A stretch of 63,674 nucleotides of DNA, counting the filler, from Reclinomonas americana ATCC 50394 (lineage: Eukaryota): assembly GCA_048213135.1 (NCBI GenBank). It is 5 parts of 2 records of this genome, joined end to end, with 100 filler letters (N's around TTAATTAATTAA, not from the genome) between each part and the next. Parts side by side here need not be neighbours in the genome. Positions count along the whole stretch, not along the records: positions 1 to 21,056 come from PS015012.1; 4 more parts are not named here. One strand, 5' to 3'. Under the pieces are notes generated by a model. It saw only the letters and a program-made list of their open reading frames with translations, had not been told where the DNA came from and did not search any database. A program made the position numbers and the translations under genes. Below are positions 1 through 12,871 of this stretch, piece by piece. Each line of letters begins with the position of its first letter. The first letter of the stretch is position 1.

Positions 1-1130
1 GCTTGCCTTGTGTGGGATGCGATATGCTCAATTTCGTTTCCTGCGCGCAGCACGATTGCTGATGGGCACCGAGCTGGACATGCGAGCGCAGGAGTTTGTG
101 TCGTTTGAGCAGGATCTCGCCCAAGCGTTGCAGTGCTACGTGCTGGCGATTGAGGTGATGCGTTGTTCTTCTGTGTGTGGGTGTGTGTGGGGTGAGGCCA
201 GTGAGTCACCGTGTGCGATGGCAGGTGCAAGAACGCAATGGACGACTGACAATGGTCGGCAATCTGTACACGGAAATGGGCGAGGCGCTGATGGTTTGTG
301 TGTGTGTGTGCGTGTGCGTGTGGCAAGGGAGGGTTCTCGGTGATCATTGTTTTGCGGCACATTTGCAGCGTCTGGGGCACCACGCCGATGCCGCTCTGCA
401 TTTTGAGAAAGCGGCCACGGTGTTCTCGTCCGAGCTGCAGCATTCGTTGTCGATCTCGTGTCTGCAGAGTGCCGCGTGGTGTCGTACGCGTGAAAGTTGT
501 GTGAGCTCCCCTCGTTGTGTCGGTGTGGTGTTTTGAGTGGGTGCTTATCGCCCTCGTGATGCACACACAGAGGACTACGAGACGGCGGTGACGCTGCTGA
601 TGCGACTGGCACAATTTGCCGAGGAGTTGCCGTCGTCGTCGGGCGCATCGCTCTCCACTGGTGGTGGCGCACTCGATTTTCAAGAAGTGGTGGCCGTGCA
701 GTGCCGCGTCTCGTGCTTCCTTCTCTTTCTCATTCTGGTTCGTCACGGTCACAACGCGTGATCGTCACTGCTTTCGCTCACTGTTCGGTTGTGGACGCGA
801 GTAGAAGTTGGAGGCCAAGGCACGCACTCTGCTCGCCGAGCTCAAGGTGTACATGACTGTGCGTCGGCGGTACGCACTCATGGACAGCCTCCTTGTGCTG
901 CTAGACACGATTCTGGTGCGTCGCCTCTGCTACTCGCCTCACTTTGTCAATCGCACCTCACCGTCCCTCTGCGCAGGATGCTTGCGAGGCTCACGACACG
1001 TACACCCTGACGGTGCTGTTTGACGACGTGGCGGAGGTGCTGTCGCCGGAGCAGATTGAGTTGTATCAGGAGGTGCAGCATGTGTTTGAGAATCCCGCCG
1101 ATCTCGAGCTCTTTGACGACGATCATGCGC
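1..1130 (+). CDS. F8A1: HAP40 / F8A1-like huntingtin-associated protein (5' partial, spliced; reading frame probably continues into the Ser/Pro-rich region downstream)
   Basis: Spliced exons give RAARLLMGTELDMRAQEFVSFEQDLAQALQCYVLAIE-VQERNGRLTMVGNLYTEMGEALM-RLGHHADAALHFEKAA...DYETAVTLLMRL...QCRVSCFLLFLIL...LLVLLDTIL-DACEAHDTYTLTVLFDDVAEVLSPEQIELYQEV. This parallels HAP40 motifs recalled from memory ([63 protein letters not shown]). Confidence 0.75.
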
Positions 1131-4100
1131 TGTATGGACCGGGTGCGGAGACGCGCCTGTCAACCAAGGCCAACAATGCTTCTACTGGTGGCATGCACGC
1201 GCGTGCACGCAGCTCGTCGCGGTCGTCGGAGCTGCGCCGTCAGCCGTCCGAGTCTGGCATGTCGTCCAACCGCAGCAGCGCGGACGACGGGTCGCAGAAT
1301 GGCAGCCGGCATCGTGGCACATCAGTGTCCAGTGGCCTGAGCGACGGTGAGGTGGTGGCAGGAGCGGCGGCCGAGATTGCTGCTGCTGCCGCCGCTGCTG
1401 CCCAGGAGGCAGGCAGCTCACGGTCACGGGGTCTCTCGGCGCCACCTAGTCGAGCACCGGACGGTGGACAGTTGCGTGAACTGCTCGTGACGGTGTCCCT
1501 GCTCGTGCTGACCTGTGCTCTTTCAGGTCGGGTGGTGCGGACGGCGTTTTTGCGCGTCCTCGGTCACGTCTGGTCGACAGTGTGGCGGCTGGAGCAGCCG
1601 CGGCTGCGGCCGATGTGCAGTCCGTCAGGTAAGTCGGGTGGAAGCCACGTTGTGTTTCGCACAGTGAGCTCACATCCGGTGCAGTTCTCGTTCGTCGTCA
1701 CAGAGCCCGGCGGATGAGATGTTCCGGCGGAGTACACCGTGCGTCAGCATCAATAGGCCTTTGTCACATGTCTCCCCTGCTCACTTGCGTGCACAGAACG
1801 GATCACTTGAACGAGCAAGGAGGGCGACGGTTCGTCACTTCTGCTCCCCTCTGTTTGTTTCTTCGATCACCAACCTCACGAGTGAACGGTGGTGTGCGCA
1901 CAGGCCATCCACACCCTCGGCGACGTGTGCCGCAGAGAGTGGCACGCCACTCGCACGCTTCCCCCCGGACGATCCGGAAGGTGGTGGTGGTGGTGGTGGT
2001 GGCGGTGCTGGCGGCGGTGGAGGTGGACGTGCGCGAAGCTCGTCACTGTTATGTCGTGGTGTGGTAGGAAAGGCACCTAGAAGCTTCCCACGTCAAGCTC
2101 ACAGCGTGCTCCACCTCACAGAAGCAATGCCAGTGCTGGTGCTTTCTCGGCGGCCAGTTCTCTGGGGTGTGTGGGCGCTCATTCTTATTTGTGCGTGTAT
2201 CTCTCTTGTGATCTGTGGTGTCTCATCATCACTGCCCGCCACACGCAGAGATGTTCCTGCCTCCAACACTGGATCGCGGCAGGGTCGCAAGCTGCGCACC
2301 CTGCTGATAATAGAGCACGTTGCGTGTGAGATACTGAATTGCGACACCCGCATTGTAGGAATGCTTCCGGTCTTTCGACGGATCCCGACAATGAGGACGA
2401 GCAACCGATGGACAACGTCAATGACGAGAGCGGCGAACGGTGTGGCATTTCTTCACCCTGTGCTATCTTCAAGCTCGGATTTGCTCACGCATATGGGTAC
2501 ATTTGCAGGTGCAATCCGAGCTCGATAATCGTGGCTCCTGCAGATGGCAACAACGCCGCCACGGGCAGGTGAGACGACATCTTTTCCTTTGCCACACACG
2601 CGGTATGCTCACCTACTCTGGTCAGCGATGTGGGCACCAGCGCAGTGCTGAGCGAACAGTTTCGTCGCCACTTCATTTCCTTTACCGCCGTTCGCGTCCT
2701 CTTATCATCTTGCTTTGTGCAGGCCTGCTGCCGAGGCACCAGAAAGGTGTGCAGAATACTATTGTGCGGACTTTCGCTGCGTACATGTCCTCATTTCATT
2801 ATTTTTGCACTCGTTCAGTCAAGCTCGTCCACAATCGCCGTCATCTCCAGTCGCTGCCGCTCGCGTGCTCATTGCCCCTTCGTTGACGCCAGCTGCTCGA
2901 TCGCCACACACCAGTTGCGTGCCATGGGCAATCGCTCGCCTGCTGAGTGATCGCTCACCTGCTCTCCCCTCTGTGTTTGTGTGTACGACGCAGCTCCCGC
3001 ACGGCCGAAGCAGCTGGCGCCTGTGAAGCAGCGTGACACCACACACAGTCCGCAGCCTTCACATTTGTTTACGAAGCAAGTCGTCCGCAGCGTCGATTTC
3101 CAGCACACACCCGTCACTGTGGCCACGCAGCAGACCATGGTGTCGGCCGGTAAGTCAACCTTTTTTCCCTCTCTTCCGCCTGTGTGTACTCACTCACACC
3201 TCTCGGATGGTGCGATCATGCAGGATCGCCAGTGAGCCACATGCGCCATCTGAGCGAGGTCGACACGTGGAGTTCGTCTGCGTCGTCCGGCAGCTCAGCC
3301 GCTTTTACACACGGCGATATGCTGGCGGCACTGCACGCCGATTCGCTCGATGTGGATGTGGCAGATGCGGAGAACGTCGTCGGCTCGGTGGCGCTCATGC
3401 ATGTGGCGGCGCCTCATTCTCCCTCGTTTGCTTTCCGCGACCACAAGCCGTTGTCGCCCGTCAACAATGCGCCAGCGTCTGGTCTTCGATCTCCGACATC
3501 ACTGGAGAATGTGTCGATTGTGACGCAGGATCAGTCGCGTGCCGAGTGCGTTGCCATGAACGCGCCTCGTGCGTCGCCATTGAGCGAGATCACCAACATG
3601 AGTTCCCGTGTGCCTGGCGCCATGTCCAGTCCGCGCGAGGAGCCCGGAAGCCCACCGCCGAGATCGGCTTCGGCAGGCTCGGAGCCCTCTGTTCGTTCGC
3701 CACCCTCACAGTCGCAGCAACAGTCGTACTCGTCGCCGCCCGCACCACCCGCGGCGTCGCTTCGTGCGGCCAGTGGCTCCCCGCCGGCGGTGCCGCCGGC
3801 AGGACTGGCCTCGCCGTCGCATGTGGCGGTGTTGGTGGTGGCCTCTCCACGGCCAGCTACTCCACCTCCGTCGCCGCCGGTGGTCACGGTGGTGGCGTCT
3901 CCACCAATGTCTGACGACGCGGCGGCCAGCGCACCTCCGTCCCACTCGACTGCGCCATCGTCGCCCATGCCGGTGTCGCCCATGCCCGCCGCCGAATCTG
4001 TGCCGTCTCCAGTGCCCTCAGTTGACGAGACGGCTCCGTTGTCTCCAGAGGACCAGACAGCCTCGGCCACGGCAGCCGAAGCAGCAGCATCACCAACAAC

Positions 4101-7100
4101 AGCTGCTGCTGCTGCGGCATCGTCGGCATCGTCGGCCATGGATGACTTTTTCGGATTTGCACCTGTGGTGCCGGCAAAACAGCAGTCGAGCCCGCAGGCA
4201 AGCCTATTCGGCGTTGTCTCCGTGCTGCCGCAGCCGGAGCTGCATCGACAAGAGTCCGACGGCTGCCTCACCATGCGGGATCCGTTCGACGACATGTTCG
4301 ACACTGGTCACGAGCAGGCGGTGCTGAGTGCCGCCGCACAGGATGTTGTGTCGCAGGCGTCTGGCGCTGCTGCTGCTGCCGCTCCACCAGAGGAGCTTGT
4401 CATGTCGCCGTCCGAGTGGCACTCGGATGTTGGCTCCGACATGACGCCGCAGTCAATGTCGACGTTTGGATCGCCGACAGCACCCGTTGGCGTCTCCACT
4501 GCTGGTGCTGCGGCCGCGTCCCTTCCCGCTCTCTCCGCTGGCGATCAGCCTGTGTCACCGGTGCCGACATTGGATTTGTCGCGTGTCTCGAACCCGTCTG
4601 CCGGACCACCGCCACGGCCGGTGGTGCCTGTGCCGTCCAGTTCGGTTCAATCGTCGGCCGGTGCCCCGCATGACGATCTGGCCATGGTGCTCATCACACC
4701 AAAGAGTCCTGCGCCTCCCGACACTCCGCATTCCGCCTCCCATCCCGCCAATTCCAGTGTCGTTGCGTGCTGTGCTTGCATGCCGTGGTTAACAAACAGT
4801 GACACTCATGCGTGCACAGTCGGCGACGCCGCGCTCCGCACGACTGGAGGCCGGAATCATTGATTCATCCGACGAAGAGGAAGAGGAGGAGGAGGAGGAG
4901 GGTCATGGAGCAGCAGTTACCGCAGAAGACGACGAACACGCTGCGCTCACCAGCGTCGCCACACCGAAGAAGCTTGTGGCGGAGCGATCGGTTCGACTGT
5001 CGCTGTGCATGTGTATATGTGTCTCTGCATGTGTTGCTCATTGTGTGTTGCTGGTAGCCGCCGCGTGATGCCACCGCCGCCGCGGGCACGCCACCGACCG
5101 GCGCCGCCGCAGCGCCTCTGGTTTGTCCTTCCTCCTGTGTCGTTTCTCTTTGCCATTGCGTTCTTGCTGACACGAATGATGTGCAGTCGGTCACGCCGGG
5201 TGGCGAAAGTGCCAAGTTGCTTGAGGTGTGGCCAGTGTACGCGCGTACTCTTGTGTTCTGTGTATGGGTGGGCGCTGACACATGCGTCTGTGCTGCAGAT
5301 GGCTACGCGACTGGAGAACATGGACAAGCTGTTGTCGTCGCTGCTGACAGCGTCTCCCGACGGATCTCCGTCACACGCTCGCAGTCGAAGCGAGCAGCTG
5401 CCGAGCAATGCACTCGCTACTGCGGAAACGGTTTGCCTCTGCAGATTGCAGTCATGCATTTCGAGCGTCTTCTTCTCACGCACTGGCATGTGCTGCACAG
5501 TTGTACGCCGGCTCGTCACTCGACGATGTCACGTCGGAGCAGTTCCTGCGCGACGAAGCAGAAGCTGAGGCTGCTGCGGCCTCCCTGTCACTCGGCTCCT
5601 CCTCTGCAGCGCCGCCAGTGGTACCGTGGAGTGCGGGAGCGGTGAGCTTTGCACGTCATGTCCATGGGCTGTCGATGCAGTCTGGCACTCACACTGCGCC
5701 GTCGTCTGCAGTCGCAGACACCAGCCAAGATTGGTGCACTGGCGCCACCTGCTCCGAGCAGTGACGCAGAAGTTGCGCATATTCATCTCGCCCAGCGCAG
5801 CGTTCACCAACTGATCTACGTGTGTGTGTGTGTGCGTGCAGACGCTGGAGCGAGTATTTGTTTCACCGCGCGAGGCCGCAGAAGCAGTTGCGGCAGACTT
5901 CCTGTATACCTCTTTTTGTCTTTTGCTCACACTTGGTGTTGCGAGTAGTTGGGCGTGCTGCTGACGGACTCGGAGGAGGATCTGTCTGGTGATGAATCGG
6001 AGGGCGGCGCGGCCGAGTCGAGCGAGGAAGAGGATTTGCCGCCGGACGCGGGTGTCATCATGAAGTCTCCATCAAGCACGACGACGGGTACTCCCCGATC
6101 GCCACCTTCTGGCACACCACGATCGCTCATGGCTGCTGCGATGGCCGCCGGTGTGTTGCGCTCGCCAACCAACTCCTCGTCGGTGAGTTGTCTCGCTCGC
6201 TGCAACGCACCACCAGCATGCATGCCTCACAATTGTGTATTCTTTCGTAGCCGCGCTCCCAGCCAGTGGTCAAATCGATTCAGCCACTGACGGGTATCGG
6301 TGGTATGACGGCTGGGCCGGTGAGCTGCTGCTGTGTGTGTTGATTTGTGGGCTGCTGTCATGTTCATTGTACCATTGCGTGTAGACGGTGGGCACTCCCG
6401 GCACCGCTTCGTCGCCGGTTTCGAATGTGCTCGTGGCTCCGGCCTCGTCACAGCAGCTGTGGTCGCCTCCGCAGAATCGGGTTTGTCATTGCGTTCCTCT
6501 TCTGACTTGTGTCACGAGACTCACGTGCAACGTGGCGTGCAGCACATTGCGGACGAGTCGATGGACTCACTGCATCCGCCAGTGAAGCATTCGCCCTCAC
6601 CCGGTATCGCGCGAGGCAAGCACTTGTCACCGTCGCAAATGTCCGGTGGCTCGCCTGGTTCTCTCTCGTCGGTGCGCATCGCCTTGACAACGCTTACTCG
6701 CCTATTCAATTCCCGCTCATCATCTCATGTTGTCATTTCCCATCGCGCAGCTGCAACTGAGTCCTGCCAACGTGCACGGCAGCGGCGGCAAGGTTTGCAA
6801 CACGCGTACTTGTGTGGTTGGTATGTGCAATTGTGTTGTTTGCTTATTTCTGTGCCAGACGGGACAGGCGGTCTCCACCGTGACACCACCGCAGCCGGCT
6901 TCGTACCTCGCTGTTGCGTCGCTCTCTTGCTACATTGTCGTCACGTGCTGGATGCTGACGCGAACGTGTGTCTTTGCGCGCAGGTTCCGTCCGACACGTG
7001 GGAGAGTCCAGCGGCACCGGGCGACGCCGCGGAGGGTGGCGCAGCAGCAGCACCGAAGCCTGCAGTCGCTGGTCGTGGCCAACATGCGGCGCGTGGACGC

Positions 7101-10100
7101 CTGTCCTTTGGCACGAGAGGCAAGAATGCAGGATCTGTGACTCCGCCGCGCATGCAGACGATTCCAAAGCCAGTGCGTTCGCGCACGCCGTCCGATCGCA
7201 CTCCGCCGTCGTCTGCACGCGGGGCCACGAAACCGACCGAGGCTGGCGCTACGGGTGCGTCAACCACGGTCGGCTCGCTCTCCGCCCGAGCCTCCACCGA
7301 GCGTTCGCGACGAGCGACGCCATCCGGTCGCGGTTCCTCGGCACAGCCACTTCCTCGGCCACCATCGCGTACCGTGTCGCCCTCGGTGCCAGTCGCCGAC
7401 AAGCGTCGCCCTGCAGGCACCGCCGCTGCTCGTCCTCCTTCTCGCTCTGCCGCAACTGGTACGGTCACAGTGGCGGCCTCGCAACTCCTGACGCCCACTG
7501 CGGGCACCTCCGCATCGGCGACTACTCCGTCCACTGCGTCGGCGGTAACAGCGGCGACTGGTTCTGCGACTCGTCCGCCGCGCGTTTCGCGGGCACGCAT
7601 GTCCATGTCACCACAGCCTGGGCATCCGGACCGCAAGGCTGCGGCTGCAGCTGCGGCCGCCAACCTGCTGTCGGCTGGTCAGTCGCCGACGCCGTCGGGC
7701 CGCCTGTCAGTGCCGGTGACGGCGGCCGCGGCCGGTTCGTCGCAGTCGCCCGCGCCTCAGGCAGCCGCTGCTGCCCGCCGCACAGGTTCACCCGCCGTCG
7801 GCCAGTCAGCCGGCAAGCGTCCGCCGTCGGTGACGTCGCGTGCATCACCGGCACCTGCAGCTCCGCCGGCAAAGAAGCCGCGACCGCCACCACGTCCAAG
7901 ACCGTCAAGCGCCGCGCAGTCGTCGCCATCACTCAAGCCTGCGGATGGCAGTGAGCAAACGCGCTCGCCCCCAACGCAGTCAACCACTGTTTCGTACTTG
8001 GACACTTTCCCCTCCCTTGAGTTTTGCATCTCTACTCACTCGCCAGTGACGACAGGTGTCTGCTGGCTTGAGACCGCCGAGTGGATCGCGACGGACGGCT
8101 ACTCCGTCTCCGGTGCCGACCGTGCGCATTACCGAATCGTCGCCACTGCGGCGACCACCACTGGCCACCGACGCCAAGCTGACGACAACGACAACTACAA
8201 CAACAACAACAACAACGGCGTCCTCGTCGTCAGCGTCATCACCGACGGCGTTCACTGGCGCCAACGATTCTCTCCCCACCAAGGAGCCGCTCGGATCCAC
8301 TCTCGGGGTGGCGGAGCGGACGGCACGAAGCACGAGTGCGCCGCGCTCATCGTCGGCCGCCACAAAACGAGGTTCGTTGCTTGCGTTTGCTGTTTTTCCC
8401 CCAATCGCATCACTGTCTCACCGATGCGCAGTGCTGGCGTCGTCCCCTCGATCGACCATGTTGAGTCCGCGCTCGCAGTCGTACTTGCCTGCCTCGCTGG
8501 AGGAGCAAGAGAAGCGACTGCTGGCGGTCACTGAGTCGATATTTGGTACCGATGTGGCGCCACTGGTGGTGTCCAGCTTCGAGGCGGCGGCTTCGGGCGA
8601 GCTTGACGAACCCAAGACCGACATTCTGCCGCCAGAGCCGCCTACTGTAGTTCCAGGCATTACGGATGAGGAGGCACCCAGCAGCAAGCACTCGCGCAGT
8701 CCACTGCCGTCGCCACGTCGTCGGCTTTCACCGGGCGAGAAAGCGGCGGCGGCCAAGGCGAGCAAGGTGCGACGGACGCCGAATCCGTGGTTGCCTGCTC
8801 CATCCGTCAAGGTCGAGGTCGCCAGCAGTGGCGGTGTGATGGTGATTCCGCCGCCGCCAGTGACAACCACGACTACTGCGACTGCAGCAGAGTCGGTGCC
8901 GGCGAGTGATCCGGCTCCGTCGTCGGCGACAGCGTCCGCGGAGGAAGGCACGACAACAATCAGCATCCCCTTGCCGACGCCGCGCCAAGTGAGGCCGGCT
9001 GTCCTGGCGCCAGAGTTGGCAGCCGCGGTGGCGGCGGCGCGCAAGGCGCGTCAGGACCAAGCGGTGCCGTCGATTCGCAATCCACGCGCACAACGCGTTG
9101 TCACGGACGACGGCAAAGTGGTGCGTGAGCTCGCTCGCTGTCTACTCTCTGCATTCGTCGATGTTGTTTTTGACGCTGATGTCCGTGTTGTAACTGCAGC
9201 AACACCTGCTCTCACGTTCTCGCTCGACTACGGGCGTACAGCGCGCCACTCCAGAGTCCACCAAGACGCAGGTGAGTGGGTGTGCGCGTTTCTGCTTTTG
9301 TGCTATTCATTGTGGTCAACTGAGAAACGTGCACCACAGCCCGAGTCGCGTCAGCCACGATCGCCGTCGGGTAGCCCGTCCACAACAAGCGCCGCAACGG
9401 CGCGCGCACTGGCCCCGCAGCTGTCGCCACCAACACGTGATGCAACAAAGCTGGCGCCGAGCAGCCCCGAGCAGCTGCACAGCTTGTTGACCTCACCGCG
9501 CTTCGTCCACAAGGACCAGTCGCCGCGGCGTGTCGTGGTCGACCCGTCGCCGCAAGTGTGGCTGACACCAGACGGTCGCCAGTCGGAGACGGCTCTCGTC
9601 GATCGCGACATGCCGACCCCAGTGACGACCGGCGAGCAGTCGCCCACGTCGTCTGCCGATGGCGGCAGTCCGCCGCAGGCACAGCTGCGAGCATCGTCCA
9701 CACGCCCGCTGGTCACACCAACACCAGTGCCGCTGCTGTCGACCATTCCACAAAAGCCGTCGGCGCAGCCGCCCAAGTTGTACGTGGCGACCACCATCAC
9801 GACCACCAGCAACCCGGGCTCCTCGGGAGATGCCGATAAGTCGGATCCGCCGCCGCTGAGCGCTCGCCGCACTCCATCCATGCAGCTGCAGGCCGGCGAA
9901 GGTGGCGAAGCGAACGGCAGGCGCAGCGTCGTGCCACGGCCAAGCACAGCAAACGCCACCACAGCCGTGCCGCAGATGATTGGATTCCAGAGGAGGCAGC
10001 CAGCTCCGTCGCCGACGGTGGTGATCTTGTCGGTGGAGTCGCAGCCGCTGCCACTCCCGCAAATCGTGCTGGACAGTCCGTCGGCGGCGGCCACTGCCGC

Positions 10101-10125
10101 CACAGTGGCGGAGGATGAACGGTGA
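1131..10125 (+). CDS. Very long Ser/Pro/Ala/Thr-rich low-complexity coding region (multi-exon; extension of the HAP40 gene or one or more separate hypothetical genes)
   Basis: Long + strand open frames (3184-4863, 6333-8534, 8056-10125) interrupted by GT-AG introns with CTNAC branch-like motifs; SP/TP-rich; ends ...VAEDER-TGA at 10125. Some junctions (around 2280-2950) could not be resolved. Confidence 0.5.
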
Positions 10126-10155
10126 ACGAAACCAATAATGTAAACACTCTGCATA

Positions 10156-12693
10156 TTATCGTTTGACCACGTCGCCGTGCTCGGTGGTGACGAGCTCGCC
10201 ACCAAAGCGAGAGGGATCGTTCAGTTCGGGCGGGATGGCCTGATGCATGCGTCGCAACAACTTGCGCAAGTCGCTGGCGTACGCACAATCCAGCGTGAGG
10301 AACGCCGTGGCGTGACCAACGACGCCGGCGCGACCCGTGCGCCCAATGCGATGCACATAATCCTGCAGCGCCTCTGGCATGTCAAACAGGACGACCAGCG
10401 TCACGCCGCTGACGTCGAGTCCGCGGCTCGCCAAGTCTGTGGCCACCAGCACGTCTACCTTGCCTGCATGACACAACAAGGTAAGGACTGGGAAGTGGCA
10501 CTCTGCGACCTGCCACGGTTTCCGCGCACCTTCACGAAACGCACGGAGTACACGGAAACGATACGCTTGTGTCAACTCGCCGTGCAGAGGAGCCGCGTGG
10601 AACTGCTCCTCACGCAGCCAGCGAACAACATTGTCGACCATTTCGTGATTGTTGCAAAAGACCAGCACCGGTGGCGCCGGTGTGCGACGAAGTGTCTCCA
10701 GGAGTCGACGCTGTCACCGACTTGTGAGTTAGGAGAAACACACAACGTGTGTGCACACACACACACAGGTGTCAACAGCAAACCTTCTTGTCTCTGCGCT
10801 GCACAAACTCCACATTCTGAATAATGTCGAACGAGGCCAGCGACTTGTCGCCCACTTCGATAATGACCGGGTCACGTGTGGCCGCCCGCGCCAGTGCATC
10901 CAGTCCAAACGGCAGCGTCGCCGTCATGAGAATGGACTGGCACGTGGAGGTGGCCGACACCAGCTGCGTCGGCTCACTCGGCATGTGAATGGCTCGCAGC
11001 AACTGGTGGAGCACACGACGCACTCAGCATCCAACAGCGACAACTGGATTCACAGCGCGTGGCCAAACCTCGTGCACATCCTCCTGCATACTGATGTCCA
11101 ACATGCGGTCGGCCTCGTCCAGCACCAAGTAGCGCACCCTGCTGATCGGTAAGCCACGAGGCAACACGGCAGCAACGCGACGTGCACGCGACGCAACTCG
11201 GCCAGCGAGATCAGCGATCGGCGAACGAAATCCAGCAGTCGCCCAGGCGTGGCGCACACCATGTGACACCCATGCGCCATGGCCGCCAGCTGCGACGACT
11301 CGGGCACTCCACCGACAACACCCACCATGTACAGCGGATGCGGAACTGTCGCACGAATGAGCAAGCATAGCGAGGGCATGCTCAGTACGAGGACGACGAC
11401 GCACTGGTGGACAACAGCGTGCGTGCCACATTGTAGATCTGCTCGACCAGCTCACGCGTCGGCGCCAGCACCAACACACGCGGCGACGGCACCGCAGTCA
11501 CATGCCCGACAAACATCGCCGGCTGCTCCTCCACCAACCGACACAACGGAAGCAGATACGCCACGGTCTTGCCGGAGCCCGTCGGCGCCGTCGCCAGCAC
11601 ATCGCGACCGGCAAGCACACACGGCACAGTCTGCATCTGCACAGGCGTCGGCACCTGCGCTCCCATGCTCTCCACCAGCACTCGCACAGTCGCCNNNNNN
11701 NNNNNNNNNNNNNNNNNNNNNNNNNNNNNNNNNNNNNNNNNNNNNNNNNNNNNNNNNNNNNNNNNNNNNNNNNNNNNNNNNNNNNNNNNNNNNNNNNNNN
11801 NNNNNNNNNNNNNNNNNNNNNNNNNNNNNNNNNNNNNNNNNNNNNNNNNNNNNNNNNNNNNNNNNNNNNNNNNNNNNNNNNNNNNNNNNNNNNNNNNNNN
11901 NNNNNNNNNNNNNNNNNNNNNNNNNNNNNNNNNNNNNNNNNNNNNNNNNNNNNNNNNNNNNNNNNNNNNNNNNNNNNNNNNNNNNNNNNNNNNNNNNNNN
12001 NNNNNNNNNNNNNNNNNNNNNNNNNNNNNNNNNNNNNNNNNNNNNNNNNNNNNNNNNNNNNNNNNNNNNNNNNNNNNNNNNNNNNNNNNNNNNNNNNNNN
12101 NNNNNNNNNNNNNNNNNNNNNNNNNNNNNNNNNNNNNNNNNNNNNNNNNNNNNNNNNNNNNNNNNNNNNNNNNNNNNNNNNNNNNNNNNNNNNNNNNNNN
12201 NNNNNNNNNNNNNNNNNNNNNNNNNNNNNNNNNNNNNNNNNNNNNNNNNNNNNNNNNNNNNNNNNNNNNNNNNNNNNNNNNNNNNNNNNNNNNNNNNNNN
12301 NNNNNNNNNNNNNNNNNNNNNNNNNNNNNNNNGCCCGCAGCGACACGTGCGCAAAGTCGGTTATGGGTGGAGGCACGCCACCAGTCGATGAGCTCACGTG
12401 AATGCCGTGATCAGCGCGTATCCACTCCGACATGTCTCCATCATCTTGTCGACGTTGTCGCTTGTGCTGCACGGCAACGTCGTCATCGCTGCCGTCGTCA
12501 TGCTCCACTGTGCACGCACATGCATAGTGAGAAGGAGGATAGTGCAGTGAGCAGCACAAAGAGCGCGCGCGCAACGTGAGCGCTTCATTCGCAGTGTGTC
12601 ACGCAGGACATCGTTCTTCCGCCCGTCTTTCACAACGAACGCCACACACGTCATTGTCTGCTTGCTGGTGGTCTCCGTCGCAGCTTCTCTCAT
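10156..12693 (-). CDS. DEAD-box RNA helicase (DDX59/RH41-like), spliced, spans an N gap
   Basis: Q motif PTPVQMQ, motif I APTGSGKT, Ia PTREL, Ib ATPGRLLD, II LDEADRMLD, III TAT, V ATDLASRGLD, VI YVHRIGRTGRAG. Confidence 0.92.
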
Positions 12694-12871
12694 GGTTCTC
12701 TCACGCGATGGCACGCCGAGCGCAGTCGCTAGTGACGGTGAGGCATGTCACCACAGATCACACGCNNNNNNNNNNNNNNNNNNNNNNNNNNNNNNNNNNN
12801 NNNNNNNNNNNNNNNNNNNNNNNNNNNNNNNNNNNNNNNNNNNNNNNNNNNNNNNNNNNNNNNNNNNNNNN

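Noticed and set aside
11279-12579. Long ORFs containing X runs (also 24269-27543, 46676-50169)
   Set aside because: Artefacts of translating through N gaps.
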